Shown piece after piece: positions 1 through 8,827 of a stretch of DNA of 54,689 nt (positions within the stretch are counted from its first letter, which is position 1; every line of letters begins with the position of its first letter). This stretch comes from a bacterium (GTDB lineage Bacteria; Zhuqueibacterota; Zhuqueibacteria; JANLFK01; Oleimicrobiaceae). The notes under the pieces were generated by a model, which worked only from the letters and a program-made list of their open reading frames with translations, was not told the origin of the DNA and did not search any database. The stretch is taken from positions 1-54,689 of the forward strand of contig JBBIKH010000005.1 in NCBI GenBank assembly GCA_037445575.1. Direction: 5' to 3'. Made by a program: the position numbers and the translations under genes.

Positions 1-1157
1 GCGACCGCATTCCGGTAGAGGAGAGGCCCCTGCTTGACCGCTGGCTGCTGTCGACACTGCATAGCACGGTGCGCACGGTCAACGAGAACCTGGAACAGTA
101 CGAGCTGTCCAGGGCTGCACGGCGTATCGGTGAATTCGTCATTGAGGACCTCTCCAACTGGTACGTCCGCCGCTCTCGCCGCCGCTTCTGGAGGGCCGGG
201 AAGGGCAAGGACAAGATAGCTGCCTATCAGACCCTGCACGAGGCTTTGCTGACCACGCTACGCCTGGCGGCACCCTTTGTGCCTTTCATCACCGATGAGC
301 TCTATCTGAGACTGCGGGAAGGCAGCGAGAGTAACCTTCCGGAGAGCGTCCACCTTGCCAGCTATCCCAGGGCAGGTGAGCAGCCATGCGACTTCTTGGA
401 CGAGCAGCTGGAACGCCGCATGGAGCTGGTGCGGCAGATCGTGCTGTTGGGGCGCTCGCTGCGCAACCAGGCCGGAGTAAAGGTGCGGCAACCGCTGCCC
501 AGGATGATCGTAGTTGACCCCCATGGCTATCGCCGCAGTTTGCTGGAAGGCTTGGAAGCCCTTCTGCTTGAAGAACTCAACCTCAAGCGCATAGAGTTTG
601 TCCAGGATAGCGCCGCCCTGCAAACTAGGCAGGCGCAGCCGGTCTTCCGGGTGATGGGACCCAAGTACGGCGCAAAGGTAAATGCCGTGGCGCAGGCCAT
701 CCGGTCCTTGGACGAAGCGCAGATCACCAGGCTGCTGGCCGACCGTCACCTGTCGCTGACCGTTGACGGCGCTCAGGTGAGCATCACTCCGGAGGAGGTG
801 CAGGTTGTGGCCCAGCAGGCCCCGGGAATCGTCCTCGGTAGCGATGGGGACCTCGTTGTCGCCATCGACACTACATTGACCGAGGACTTGGAATTGGAAG
901 GCTTGGCGCGCGAATTTGTCAACCGGGTACAGAACACGCGCAAGGAGGCCCAGTTCGACGTCGTTGACCGCATCATGATTTCGTGCAATGCCCAGGGCAA
1001 GTTGGCCAAGGCCATCTCTCGCCTTTCGTCCTACATCAGGGCTGAAACCTTGGCTAAAGAGATCGTGCTGCCGGAGGTCAGCGGCGAGTATGTGAAGAGC
1101 TGGACCATCGGCGACGAGGTGGTCACCATAGGCGTGAGCCGGGTCAAGGAGAGGTAG
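1..1157 (+). CDS. ileS: isoleucyl-tRNA synthetase, C-terminal part (5' end lies outside the window)
   Basis: The ORF is open to the window edge (frame 3). It has the NWYVRRSRRRFW and LAAPFVPFITDELY motifs typical of IleRS. The conserved ileS / dksA-like / lspA gene order follows. Confidence 0.9.
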   Translation, partial: DRIPVEERPLLDRWLLSTLHSTVRTVNENLEQYELSRAARRIGEFVIEDLSNWYVRRSRRRFWRAGKGKDKIAAYQTLHEALLTTLRLAAPFVPFITDELYLRLREGSESNLPESVHLASYPRAGEQPCDFLDEQLERRMELVRQIVLLGRSLRNQAGVKVRQPLPRMIVVDPHGYRRSLLEGLEALLLEELNLKRIEFVQDSAALQTRQAQPVFRVMGPKYGAKVNAVAQAIRSLDEAQITRLLADRHLSLTVDGAQVSITPEEVQVVAQQAPGIVLGSDGDLVVAIDTTLTEDLELEGLAREFVNRVQNTRKEAQFDVVDRIMISCNAQGKLAKAISRLSSYIRAETLAKEIVLPEVSGEYVKSWTIGDEVVTIGVSRVKER

Positions 1158-1214
1158 TGGGGTGGGTGTCTGCGCACACCACATTGCTGTGATGTGTCCA
1201 GGATGGAGGAAGAA

Positions 1215-1601
1215 ATGACCAAGAAGGAGCTGGAGTACTTCAGGAAGCTGATTCTTAGGAAGCGCGAGGAGCTCCTCAAAGAGTTGGGCCGCCTCAAGGA
1301 GGCTGGTCTGAACTCGACCTTGAAGGAGGCTACTGGCGACCATTCATCCTATTCGTTCCACATGGCGGATCAAGGCACCGACACGATGGAGCGAGAAAAG
1401 GCCTTCTTCCTTGCCTCCCGCGAGGGGAATCTGCTCTACCATCTGGACCAAGCTTTGGAACGAATCGCCGACGGCACCTACGGCAAGTGCGTGCAGTGCG
1501 GTAAGGAAATCTCCAAGGAGCGTCTCGAGGCCGTGCCGCACGTCCGCCTCTGCATCGAGTGCAAGAGCAAGGAGGAGAAACAGCGGCAGCAGTCCACTTG
1601 A
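1215..1601 (+). CDS. DksA/TraR-family C4 zinc-finger protein
   Basis: Zinc-finger motif CVQCGKEISKERLEAVPHVRLCIEC (C-x2-C-x17-C-x2-C) preceded by a coiled-coil-like N-terminus. The ATG at 1215 has a GGAGG 5 nt upstream. The longest ORF starts at GTG 1194. Confidence 0.8.
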   Translation: MTKKELEYFRKLILRKREELLKELGRLKEAGLNSTLKEATGDHSSYSFHMADQGTDTMEREKAFFLASREGNLLYHLDQALERIADGTYGKCVQCGKEISKERLEAVPHVRLCIECKSKEEKQRQQST

Positions 1602-1602
1602 G

Positions 1603-2118
1603 GTGCCCTGCGTGAGTGCGAGACTGAAACTCCTCCGCTATACGGCGCTGGTCCTGGTCGCCGACCAGGTGACGAAGCTACTAGCCCGGTTGTTGCTCCC
1701 CCACGATAGGTCTTTGCAGATTCTCGGTGATCTGGTGCGCCTCACCTATGTGGAAAATCCGGGGATTGCCTTTGGGATACGCGTCGGGCACGGCCCAGTC
1801 TTCACGGCCTTGATCGCCGTCGCCAGTATTGCGGTGCTGGTGCTCCTCTTGCAGAACCGTACTGCGAGCAAAACCGAACAGGTGGCTCTGGCTATCACCC
1901 TGGGCGGTGCGCTGGGCAACCTCACCGACCGCATCCTCTTCGGCCGCGTGGTCGACTTTGTGGATGTCGACTTTCCCGACTTTGTCATGAGCCGCTGGCC
2001 CGTGTTCAACGTCGCGGACGCCGCCGTGACCGTCGGGATCCTGGTCCTCATCGTGCTGATCATTATCGCCCCGCACTCGCAGCAGCCGACTCAGATGGAC
2101 AAGCAGTCCACGAGCTGA
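1603..2118 (+). CDS. lspA: lipoprotein signal peptidase II
   Basis: VENPGIAFG and PVFNVADAAV motifs (the two catalytic Asp regions of LspA) plus four hydrophobic segments. GTG 1603 lies immediately after the dksA-like stop (TGAGGTG). The ORF-track start at 1411 overlaps the upstream gene and was not used. Confidence 0.85.
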   Translation: MPCVSARLKLLRYTALVLVADQVTKLLARLLLPHDRSLQILGDLVRLTYVENPGIAFGIRVGHGPVFTALIAVASIAVLVLLLQNRTASKTEQVALAITLGGALGNLTDRILFGRVVDFVDVDFPDFVMSRWPVFNVADAAVTVGILVLIVLIIIAPHSQQPTQMDKQSTS

Positions 2119-2137
2119 GACTGGTGCCAAGTGGCAG

Positions 2138-3112
2138 ATGCCGCGCGAGCAGCACACCATCATTGTACCTGAGGCCGATGAGCGGAAGCGCCTTGACACC
2201 TTTCTCCGGGAGCGCCTCCCCCATCTGACGCGGTCACGTATCCAACGCTTGATCGAGGAGGGCAACGTCCTCCTTAACGATGCCCCCACCAAACCGGGCC
2301 AGCGCGTGCGCGCCAGGCAAGTTATCCAGGTCATCGTTCCAGAGCCGAAGAAGCTGGAAATCCTCCCTGAACCTATCCCTCTAAACATCCTTTATGAAGA
2401 CGAGCACCTCTTGGTCTTGAACAAGCCGGCAGGGATGGTGGTGCATCCGGCGTTTGCCAATTACACCGGGACCCTGGTGAATGCGCTGTTGGCACATTGC
2501 CAGCAACTCTCCGGAATAGGAGGGGTCCAGCGCCCCGGCATTGTGCATCGCCTGGACAGGGAGACTTCGGGGGTCATGGTGGTGGCAAAGAGCGATGCGG
2601 CGCATGTGGGGCTCTCTCAGCAGTTCGCATCGCGGCAGATCCAGCGGGAATACCGCGCCGTGGTGTGGGGGCACTTTCGCAACCCGAGCGGCCGAGTGGA
2701 GACGTTGCTAAGGCGCAGCCCAAAGAATCGGTTGCGCATGACTGTGTCCAAGCTCGGCAAGCCGGCGGTGACCAACTATGAGGTGCTGGAAGAGTTTCGC
2801 CTGCTGAGCTTATTGCGGCTCACGCTGGGCACAGGGCGGACGCACCAGATCAGGGTCCACATGGCCTACCTGGGGCACCCTGTTTTCGGCGACGCGACCT
2901 ACGGCGGCAGGAGCAAGCGTCTCACCGGCCTGAACCGTGACAACCTATCCTTCGCTGTGAAACTCCTCAAGCTGTTCAATCGGCCGGCGCTGCATGCCCT
3001 GAGCTTGGGCTTTGTGCACCCGATATCGCGGGAACAAATGTATTTTGAGGTTCCCCCTCCCGATGATTTTCTGAGGCTCTTGGCCGTCCTCAGGGGGTCT
3101 GCCCCGCCGTAA
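2138..3112 (+). CDS. rluD: RluA/RluD-family 23S rRNA pseudouridine synthase
   Basis: N-terminal S4-like domain, catalytic HRLDRETSGVMVVAK motif and GRTHQIRVH motif. Confidence 0.9.
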   Translation: MPREQHTIIVPEADERKRLDTFLRERLPHLTRSRIQRLIEEGNVLLNDAPTKPGQRVRARQVIQVIVPEPKKLEILPEPIPLNILYEDEHLLVLNKPAGMVVHPAFANYTGTLVNALLAHCQQLSGIGGVQRPGIVHRLDRETSGVMVVAKSDAAHVGLSQQFASRQIQREYRAVVWGHFRNPSGRVETLLRRSPKNRLRMTVSKLGKPAVTNYEVLEEFRLLSLLRLTLGTGRTHQIRVHMAYLGHPVFGDATYGGRSKRLTGLNRDNLSFAVKLLKLFNRPALHALSLGFVHPISREQMYFEVPPPDDFLRLLAVLRGSAPP

Positions 3113-3134
3113 GCCGTGGCGTCGTCATGATCAA

Positions 3135-4265
3135 TCAGCGTTCTGCCGACCGTTGTGGCGGGGGCGCGTCGCGTTCAGCGACATCCCTCTCCCACTCCAG
3201 CAACTTCTCCGCGGCCTGCAGCAGGTCGTCGGCCACAAAGTCGGCTTCCACCTGATATTCTCCGTCCTTGCCGCCAGCCCCTGTGCGGACCAGCACACTC
3301 TTGCAGCCCGCGCGGCGAGCGGTCTCGATATCCGCCGTCCGGTCGCCGATCACTACGCTTTGGGACAGATCCACGTTGAGCTGCTCCTGAGCCAGGCGCA
3401 AAAGTGCCGTCCCTGGCTTGCGACAGTCGCATTGCTCAGCCAAGCCGTGGGGGCAGAAATAGATCTTGTGCACCCGCACACCATACTGATGGAGCAGGCG
3501 AAGCATGGCGCTGTTGACGCGGTAAAAGTCATCCATGCTGAAATAGCCCAGCCCTATGCCCCCCTGATTGGTCAGAATGACCACGCGGTAGCCCATATCC
3601 TGGAGCCGCCTCAGGCCTTCGCCTGCGCCTGGGAGCAGGTGCACCCGATCGGGCTCGTGTAGGAAGGGCACTTCTTCGACAATGGTGCCGTCCCTGTCGA
3701 CAAAGACCGCTGGACCAGGCTTTGGCGGTGGGCGCCTTATGTGCACCGCGCCGTGGTGCTCTTCTGGCACAGGTTGGGCAGTCTGCGCAGCCCCGGCCCT
3801 GGCGATGATCTGCGTGGTGGACACAGCAGCCGTCACCGGAATAAGCAGCACGCGCCCCCCGTGACGCTCCACCACGTCCTTGGAGGTCAGCTCCTCCGGC
3901 CGGTAGTCACCAGCTTTGATGTAGAGGTCCGGCTGCAGCAGCTCGATATTTCGCTTGTTGCGCCGTTCGTGAAAGATGAAGACCAGATCGACGCATTCCA
4001 GCGCCGCCACCACCTGCGCGCGCTGCTCCGCGGGGATGATCGGCCGCTGAGGTCCTTTGTAAGCGCGCACAGAGGCGTCGGAATTGACCCCCACCACCAA
4101 AAGGTCGCACGCCTGCCGTGCTTTCTCCAAATAGTCCACGTGCCCTACGTGCAGCAGGTCAAAGGCCCCCGAGGTGAACCCCACCCGCTTGCCCTGCGCG
4201 CGTGCTTGCGCGCAGAGGGCAGCGACCTCCTCGCGAGACTTTATCTTCTCCGTTCGTGGGCGCAT
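3135..4265 (-). CDS. fusion protein: heptose 1-phosphate adenylyltransferase (RfaE domain II / HldC-like) joined to D,D-heptose 1,7-bisphosphate phosphatase (GmhB-like)
   Basis: The N-terminus has the cytidylyltransferase signature GFTSGAFDLLHVGHVDYL. The C-terminus has the HAD phosphatase motifs FVDRDGTI, the Zn site CPH..CDCRKPG and GDRTADIETARRAG. Confidence 0.8.
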   Translation of the reverse strand: MRPRTEKIKSREEVAALCAQARAQGKRVGFTSGAFDLLHVGHVDYLEKARQACDLLVVGVNSDASVRAYKGPQRPIIPAEQRAQVVAALECVDLVFIFHERRNKRNIELLQPDLYIKAGDYRPEELTSKDVVERHGGRVLLIPVTAAVSTTQIIARAGAAQTAQPVPEEHHGAVHIRRPPPKPGPAVFVDRDGTIVEEVPFLHEPDRVHLLPGAGEGLRRLQDMGYRVVILTNQGGIGLGYFSMDDFYRVNSAMLRLLHQYGVRVHKIYFCPHGLAEQCDCRKPGTALLRLAQEQLNVDLSQSVVIGDRTADIETARRAGCKSVLVRTGAGGKDGEYQVEADFVADDLLQAAEKLLEWERDVAERDAPPPQRSAER

Positions 4266-4283
4266 AGGACAACGCGGACCTGC

Positions 4284-7200
4284 TCACCTGTTTCCCGACC
4301 GGCGCTGGCTGGCGAACCGGACCAGCAAGGTCTTGATCTCGAAGGGCGAAACCTCGGTCGCCACCGTCTTCGCGCTGACTGGCACCGCGGCGATGGGACG
4401 TTCCAGGAGATCTGTCTCGTGTGCAGCCAGGACGTTGTCCGCGAAGCAAAGGCGCACCGACGTCTTCTTTCCAAAGAGCTCGTACATGCGCACAACGATC
4501 CCCTCACCCTGTTCGGCATTCTTGACCGCCGAAAGTACGACCCCGGCACCTGCCTCCAGTCGCACAAAGGAGCCCTCCCTGCCGAGCGGGCCCGGGTGTG
4601 CCTCCGTCAATACCACCTGCAGGGGGTAGTTCAGCTCGTAGGCGCGACGATGGGTCTCCGCCTCCTGCCAGTTCCCAAGATGCGGGTAGAGGCTGTAGGT
4701 GAACTCGTGCTGGCCCATGTCGGCGTTGGGGTCCGGGCTCTTGGGGGAGCGCAGCAGAGTGATGCGCATGAGGTTGCCGCGCACATCGTGCCCATATTTG
4801 CAGTCGTTGAGCAGGCTGACCCCATGCAGTCCGGAGTCGTCGGTGAGGTCGACCCACTTTTGTGCGGGGACCTCGAACATCGCCTTTTCCGCCGGCGTGG
4901 ACGGTACCGTGGTGCGCTGGACCCAGCCATACGGGATCTCATAGATGGCTGCCTGGCCCTGCACTGCCACCGGGAAGGCGGCCTTTGCCAGCACGTGCGC
5001 CTCATGCCAGTGGGCCGTTGTAGCAATATCGATGCGCGGCAGGCGTCGATACAGGGTAATGTCCTGAATGAAACGCGATTGCCCGAAGCGCCGGACTACC
5101 CGGAGGCTGGCGAAGAGCGGCCCTTGGGCAAGCACCTCCATCTCCGGCGATGGCTCGGTGCGCCACTCCTTGCCTGTGTAGCCGATGTTCCAGGCATCAT
5201 ATTCCTGCGGCAGGTCTTCGAAGAACTGCAACTGGTTGCCGGGCCCTGCGAGGATCTGCCGCCCGCTCTTGCGGTCAGCGATCGACGCGATGTCACCTGT
5301 GCGGGCATCAAGTTGTAGGTCCCAGAATGCATTTCGCAACGTCCATGGGGATGCCTGGGGCGCGTCCGGCCAGGCACGATGGTCCGCCCGCCGGAGCCAA
5401 AAGACCTTGTATCCCATTCCTGGCACGCCGCTCACCTCGAACAGCACGCCGTCCCGGTACGGCTGGGCCGCGTGCACCACACCTTTGCCGTCAACCGCGA
5501 TCCAGTTCCCCTCCAGCATGCCTCCGGGGAGCCTCACCCATGCCACGTCGTTCCTCTCCCACGAGAGCTGGTTAAAAACCACCACCGGAAGGCCCTTACC
5601 TCGGGTGTCCACATTAGCGCAGAGTGCGCGCAGGGAGCTGTCCAGGACGGCACCGGCCAAAGCCTGACAGGTATCGTAGAGGGCATGCGCGTCGCCATAA
5701 ACTTCGGGGATGCTTGAGCCGGGGAGGATATCGTGGAACTGATTGAACAAGGCCCCCTTCCAGGCGCGGTGCAGTTCCTCCCGCGGGTAGGGCAATGGCG
5801 CAAAGGAGGCAAACTTTTCCGTGGTCTCCAGGAGCACTTCTGTCTGCCGGTTCCTTTTCTTGATTGCCCCCTGGGTGGTGAACGTGCCCCGGTGCGTCTG
5901 CAGGTACAGCTCATTGCGGACCGTGGGCAGGTCCGGTATCGCCTCCACTGCCCGGAAGAATGCCTCAGGCGACGACTTGACGGCCGTGGGGTACAGGCGC
6001 GCGCTTGTCATGTGGTCGAAGCGCGCCAACATCTCCTTGGTGGGACCGCCGCCGTGGTCTCCGACCCCGTAGAGCACCAGGAGGTGGTTGGCCCCTGTCG
6101 CCTGGCGAAAGTCACGCAGGTTCCGCAGGGTGCGCCCCTCGTCGAGGTCCTCGACGTAGCTGCGGGGGACCACCGTCAGAATCCTTGAGCCATCGGGCGC
6201 TTCCCACCAGAAGAGTTGATGCTCTGGGGGCGTGGTATCATTCCACCACAGCTTGGTGGTCACGAAGTAGTCAAAGCCACTCTTTTTGTAAATCTGCGGG
6301 AGTGTCCAGGCATAACCGAACGTGTCCGGGGTCCAGGCCACACGCGGGTCGGCCCCCAGCCTTTCGCGCAGGTACTGCTTGCCATACAGAATCTGCCGCA
6401 CCAGCGCCTCCCCAGCTGGGAGGTTGCAGTCCGGCTCTACCCACATTCCCCCTACCACTAGCCACTGGCCGCGCTGTATCATCTCTCTGATCTCGGCCAA
6501 AAGCTCCGGATGATAGCGCTCCATCCACTCATAGGCTTGGGCCTGGCTCTGTGCGTATGTGAAGGTTGAATCTACTCTCATGAACGCCGCCGCCTGCCGG
6601 AAGGTCTGCTCACACACCTGCACTGTCTCCTGCCATCGCCACAGCCAGGCCATGTCGATGTGGGCATTTCCCACCACGTGGATGGTGTCCGACTTCATGG
6701 CGACGCGAAGCGGCTCGGTGCGTTCATGGAACTCGCGCACTACTGTCCGAAAGCCGTTCGCGTCCGCGCCCTTCAATGCCACGGCAAGCCGTCGCCATAG
6801 TTCAGCTTGTCCGAACTCTAGACCCGGGCGATAGATCTCCGCGTACGTCAGGTCCTCCCGCAGGGAAGCGTAATCAACCGTGGCCAGCTCGAGGAACACT
6901 TGGGGCATACCGCCTGGGTGATTGATGTCCAAGGCAAGGGCGGTGGCAAGGCCTGGAGAGATCGGCGGCAAGGCGAAGCGAGCTTCCGCGGGGTGGACCA
7001 TGGCCTGCCATGGCCCCAGAGTTCGAGGAGATGGCGTCAGCGCAGCACCGCCATAAGAGGCCGATGCGGCCGCCTGTGGAACCGTAACTCTCAGATAGAG
7101 GTCGTGGACGGCGAGCTCTTTGGGGATAGCCAGCAGAGCCTGGCCGTGAAGCGCGCCATTTCGCCTCGCGAACGAGACAAGGTCGGTTACCTCCACGCCT

Positions 7201-8147
7201 GCGAGCACCGGGCGCAATGCCTGTTCGGGGGTTACGTGGAGCGCTGCCGAGGTTGCCCCACTCCCCCAGGTGCTCTGCGCCGAGAGCATACCGCCTGCCA
7301 GGGCGACATCCAGCAGCTCGCCCAGTGGCACCGTCCAAGGTATGGTCAATGGCTGGCCGCGCAGCTTTCCCGTCTTGCGCATGCTGAATCGTTTCCCGGC
7401 CATTTCCAGCTCACAGCGCACGCTTGCCACCCGGGTAGTGCCGTGCGGACGGAGCTTCGCCGTCACGTGCACCTGCAGAGCCCCATTGCGACCCAGCCGC
7501 GCGTGGGGTGCGATCGACAGATCCGTCAGCTCAAAGCGCGCGGGCACCAACGCCTGGCGAAAGTCGGACGGCATCTCGGCCGCACAGCGTAGCCCTTCGA
7601 TCACCTCGCCTTGCGGGCCGGTCAGGCGCAGGGACAGCCCATAGCCGCCGAGATTGTTGAACACCTTGCACAGCACCGTATTCCAACCAGCTCCCAGCTG
7701 CTCGCGCACAGTATCTTGGTCGGCACGCCAGCCGCGGAGTACGAGGTGTTCGTGTAGCAGATTGCCATTGACACGCACCGCCACCCCGTCGTCGCTCCCC
7801 ACCAGCAGCATGGCCTCCACCGCTTGCGGGACAAAGACATAGACATGCGCATAGACCACCGATCGCTCTTGTGGCTGCACGCCTAGGCGCACAAAATTCA
7901 GTCGACCATGTTCATCCGTTTCCGCCACGAACCAGTTCTTTGTCCCGACCAGCTGGCCACTGCGGGGCAGTGCATCCAGTTCGCCCCCGAGATGGTCTGT
8001 GCCCAAGGGGTCGCGTTCGGGATCCACGGCAAAGGCGCCGATCACCAGCCATTCCCGAACGAACGTGTCGTGTTGCTGTGAAAGTGCGGCGACTGGCATG
8101 AGGAGGATCGCCAGGGCAAGAAATGGTGCGAGCTTTAGCACGGTCAT
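4284..8147 (-). CDS. secreted GH38-family alpha-mannosidase with a ~490-aa N-terminal extension
   Basis: GNAHIDMAWLWRWQETV and HDILPGSSI motifs of the GH38 catalytic domain. The start was moved to ATG 8147 (MTVLKLAPFLALAILLMPVAALSQQ signal peptide, GGGAGG just upstream). The longest ORF (start 8210) would begin 9 nt from the tRNA. Confidence 0.85.
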   Translation of the reverse strand: MTVLKLAPFLALAILLMPVAALSQQHDTFVREWLVIGAFAVDPERDPLGTDHLGGELDALPRSGQLVGTKNWFVAETDEHGRLNFVRLGVQPQERSVVYAHVYVFVPQAVEAMLLVGSDDGVAVRVNGNLLHEHLVLRGWRADQDTVREQLGAGWNTVLCKVFNNLGGYGLSLRLTGPQGEVIEGLRCAAEMPSDFRQALVPARFELTDLSIAPHARLGRNGALQVHVTAKLRPHGTTRVASVRCELEMAGKRFSMRKTGKLRGQPLTIPWTVPLGELLDVALAGGMLSAQSTWGSGATSAALHVTPEQALRPVLAGVEVTDLVSFARRNGALHGQALLAIPKELAVHDLYLRVTVPQAAASASYGGAALTPSPRTLGPWQAMVHPAEARFALPPISPGLATALALDINHPGGMPQVFLELATVDYASLREDLTYAEIYRPGLEFGQAELWRRLAVALKGADANGFRTVVREFHERTEPLRVAMKSDTIHVVGNAHIDMAWLWRWQETVQVCEQTFRQAAAFMRVDSTFTYAQSQAQAYEWMERYHPELLAEIREMIQRGQWLVVGGMWVEPDCNLPAGEALVRQILYGKQYLRERLGADPRVAWTPDTFGYAWTLPQIYKKSGFDYFVTTKLWWNDTTPPEHQLFWWEAPDGSRILTVVPRSYVEDLDEGRTLRNLRDFRQATGANHLLVLYGVGDHGGGPTKEMLARFDHMTSARLYPTAVKSSPEAFFRAVEAIPDLPTVRNELYLQTHRGTFTTQGAIKKRNRQTEVLLETTEKFASFAPLPYPREELHRAWKGALFNQFHDILPGSSIPEVYGDAHALYDTCQALAGAVLDSSLRALCANVDTRGKGLPVVVFNQLSWERNDVAWVRLPGGMLEGNWIAVDGKGVVHAAQPYRDGVLFEVSGVPGMGYKVFWLRRADHRAWPDAPQASPWTLRNAFWDLQLDARTGDIASIADRKSGRQILAGPGNQLQFFEDLPQEYDAWNIGYTGKEWRTEPSPEMEVLAQGPLFASLRVVRRFGQSRFIQDITLYRRLPRIDIATTAHWHEAHVLAKAAFPVAVQGQAAIYEIPYGWVQRTTVPSTPAEKAMFEVPAQKWVDLTDDSGLHGVSLLNDCKYGHDVRGNLMRITLLRSPKSPDPNADMGQHEFTYSLYPHLGNWQEAETHRRAYELNYPLQVVLTEAHPGPLGREGSFVRLEAGAGVVLSAVKNAEQGEGIVVRMYELFGKKTSVRLCFADNVLAAHETDLLERPIAAVPVSAKTVATEVSPFEIKTLLVRFASQRRSGNR

Positions 8148-8218
8148 GGCCTCCCGGCAAATGTCACCAACTGCCCAGAACGAAAAAGGAGGTGCGGCTT
8201 CCTGCCACATCCTCCTTG

Positions 8219-8292
8219 TGGGCGATACTGGACTTGAACCAGTGACCTCTGGTATGTGAGACCAGCGCTCTGACCAGCTGAGCTAATCGCCC
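8219..8292 (-). tRNA. tRNA-Val (anticodon CAC), CCA not encoded
   Basis: The 74-nt reverse complement folds as a perfect cloverleaf: acceptor GGGCGAT/ATCGCCC, D stem GCTC/GAGC, anticodon stem CTGGT/ACCAG with loop CTCACAT, T stem ACTGG/CCAGT with loop TTCAAGT. Confidence 0.95.
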
Positions 8293-8304
8293 ATTGCGAT
8301 TGCA

Positions 8305-8333
8305 ATAATAGCAAAACGGCGCGTGAAAATCAA
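8305..8333 (-). promoter_or_regulatory. sigma70-type promoter of tRNA-Val (TTGATT-N17-TATTAT)
   Basis: Minus strand reads cccTTGATTttcacgcgccgttttgcTATTATtgcaatcgcaat followed by the tRNA 5' end. The -10 element ends 12 nt before the mature 5' end. Confidence 0.5.
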
Positions 8334-8435
8334 GGGAAAAGATTAGCTTCCTCCTTCCCAGCACCCCTGGCCAGATCGGCTTTTTGCCCTTGATTTTTGA
8401 CTCCCGCTGGGGTAAATTTGCTGCGTCAAAGGTCT

Positions 8436-8444
8436 TGATAGAAT
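8436..8444 (+). promoter_or_regulatory. extended -10 promoter element (TGaTAGAAT) for the 8474 CDS
   Basis: cttGATAGAAT lies about 30 nt upstream of ATG 8474, followed by the AAGGAG RBS at 8461-8466. The -35 element is weak (TTTGCT). Confidence 0.35.
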
Positions 8445-8473
8445 CGACCCTCACCTTACCAAGGAGACCCTCA

Positions 8474-8821
8474 ATGCGCGACAACGAGGCAGCCGGTCCT
8501 GACCAACTAACTCCCATTGCCGACAAGGAGCAGCTCCGGGCCCTGTTGGAGAAGGGATACACGCTCAGAGGCCCTCGTCCAGACCCAGAGGTCAACGTCG
8601 CGGCCATGGAGCGATACTTTGCGCGCGGCTACGAGTTCGTACCCGAGCCCCTGCTCCTCGCTCAGGGCTACGAGTTGGTTCCGCCAAGCCAGTTCACCAA
8701 GGGCTTGCAATTTGCCTATCGCATCGTTGACGAGCAGCTGTCAAAGTTCTACCGATCCAACTACGCCCTGCTGAAGGGGGAAGAAGCGGTGCCGCTCTAT
8801 CTCAAGTACGAGGAGAAGTAG
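8474..8821 (+). CDS. hypothetical cytoplasmic protein (115 aa)
   Basis: ATG 8474 is preceded by AAGGAG at a 7-nt spacing. No recognisable motif and no TM segment. It is the only plus-strand gene between 3.1 and 29.6 kb. Confidence 0.5.
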   Translation: MRDNEAAGPDQLTPIADKEQLRALLEKGYTLRGPRPDPEVNVAAMERYFARGYEFVPEPLLLAQGYELVPPSQFTKGLQFAYRIVDEQLSKFYRSNYALLKGEEAVPLYLKYEEK

Positions 8822-8827
8822 GGACCC

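Noticed and set aside
3741-5318. Long antisense ORFs of 400-525 aa: 3741-5318 (+), 16247-17611 (+), 24127-25377 (+), 37137-38519 (+), 49523-50737 (+), 45767-46813 (+) and many shorter ones.
   Set aside because: Each lies opposite a gene with clear family motifs (GH38, GH57, lyase, TonB receptor, etc.). Their translations are Arg/Gly/His/Pro-rich low-complexity sequence, as expected from stop-codon depletion on the antisense strand of high-GC genes. None has an RBS or recognisable motifs.
8148-8210. Upstream start (8210) for the GH38 gene.
   Set aside because: It would begin 9 nt from the tRNA 3' end and add 21 residues ahead of an otherwise canonical signal peptide. ATG 8147 has its own GGGAGG.
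8164-8607. 147-aa minus-strand ORF spanning the tRNA-Val gene and its promoter.
   Set aside because: It reads straight through a perfect tRNA cloverleaf and the divergent promoter region, with no motifs. It is an artefact of ORF calling.
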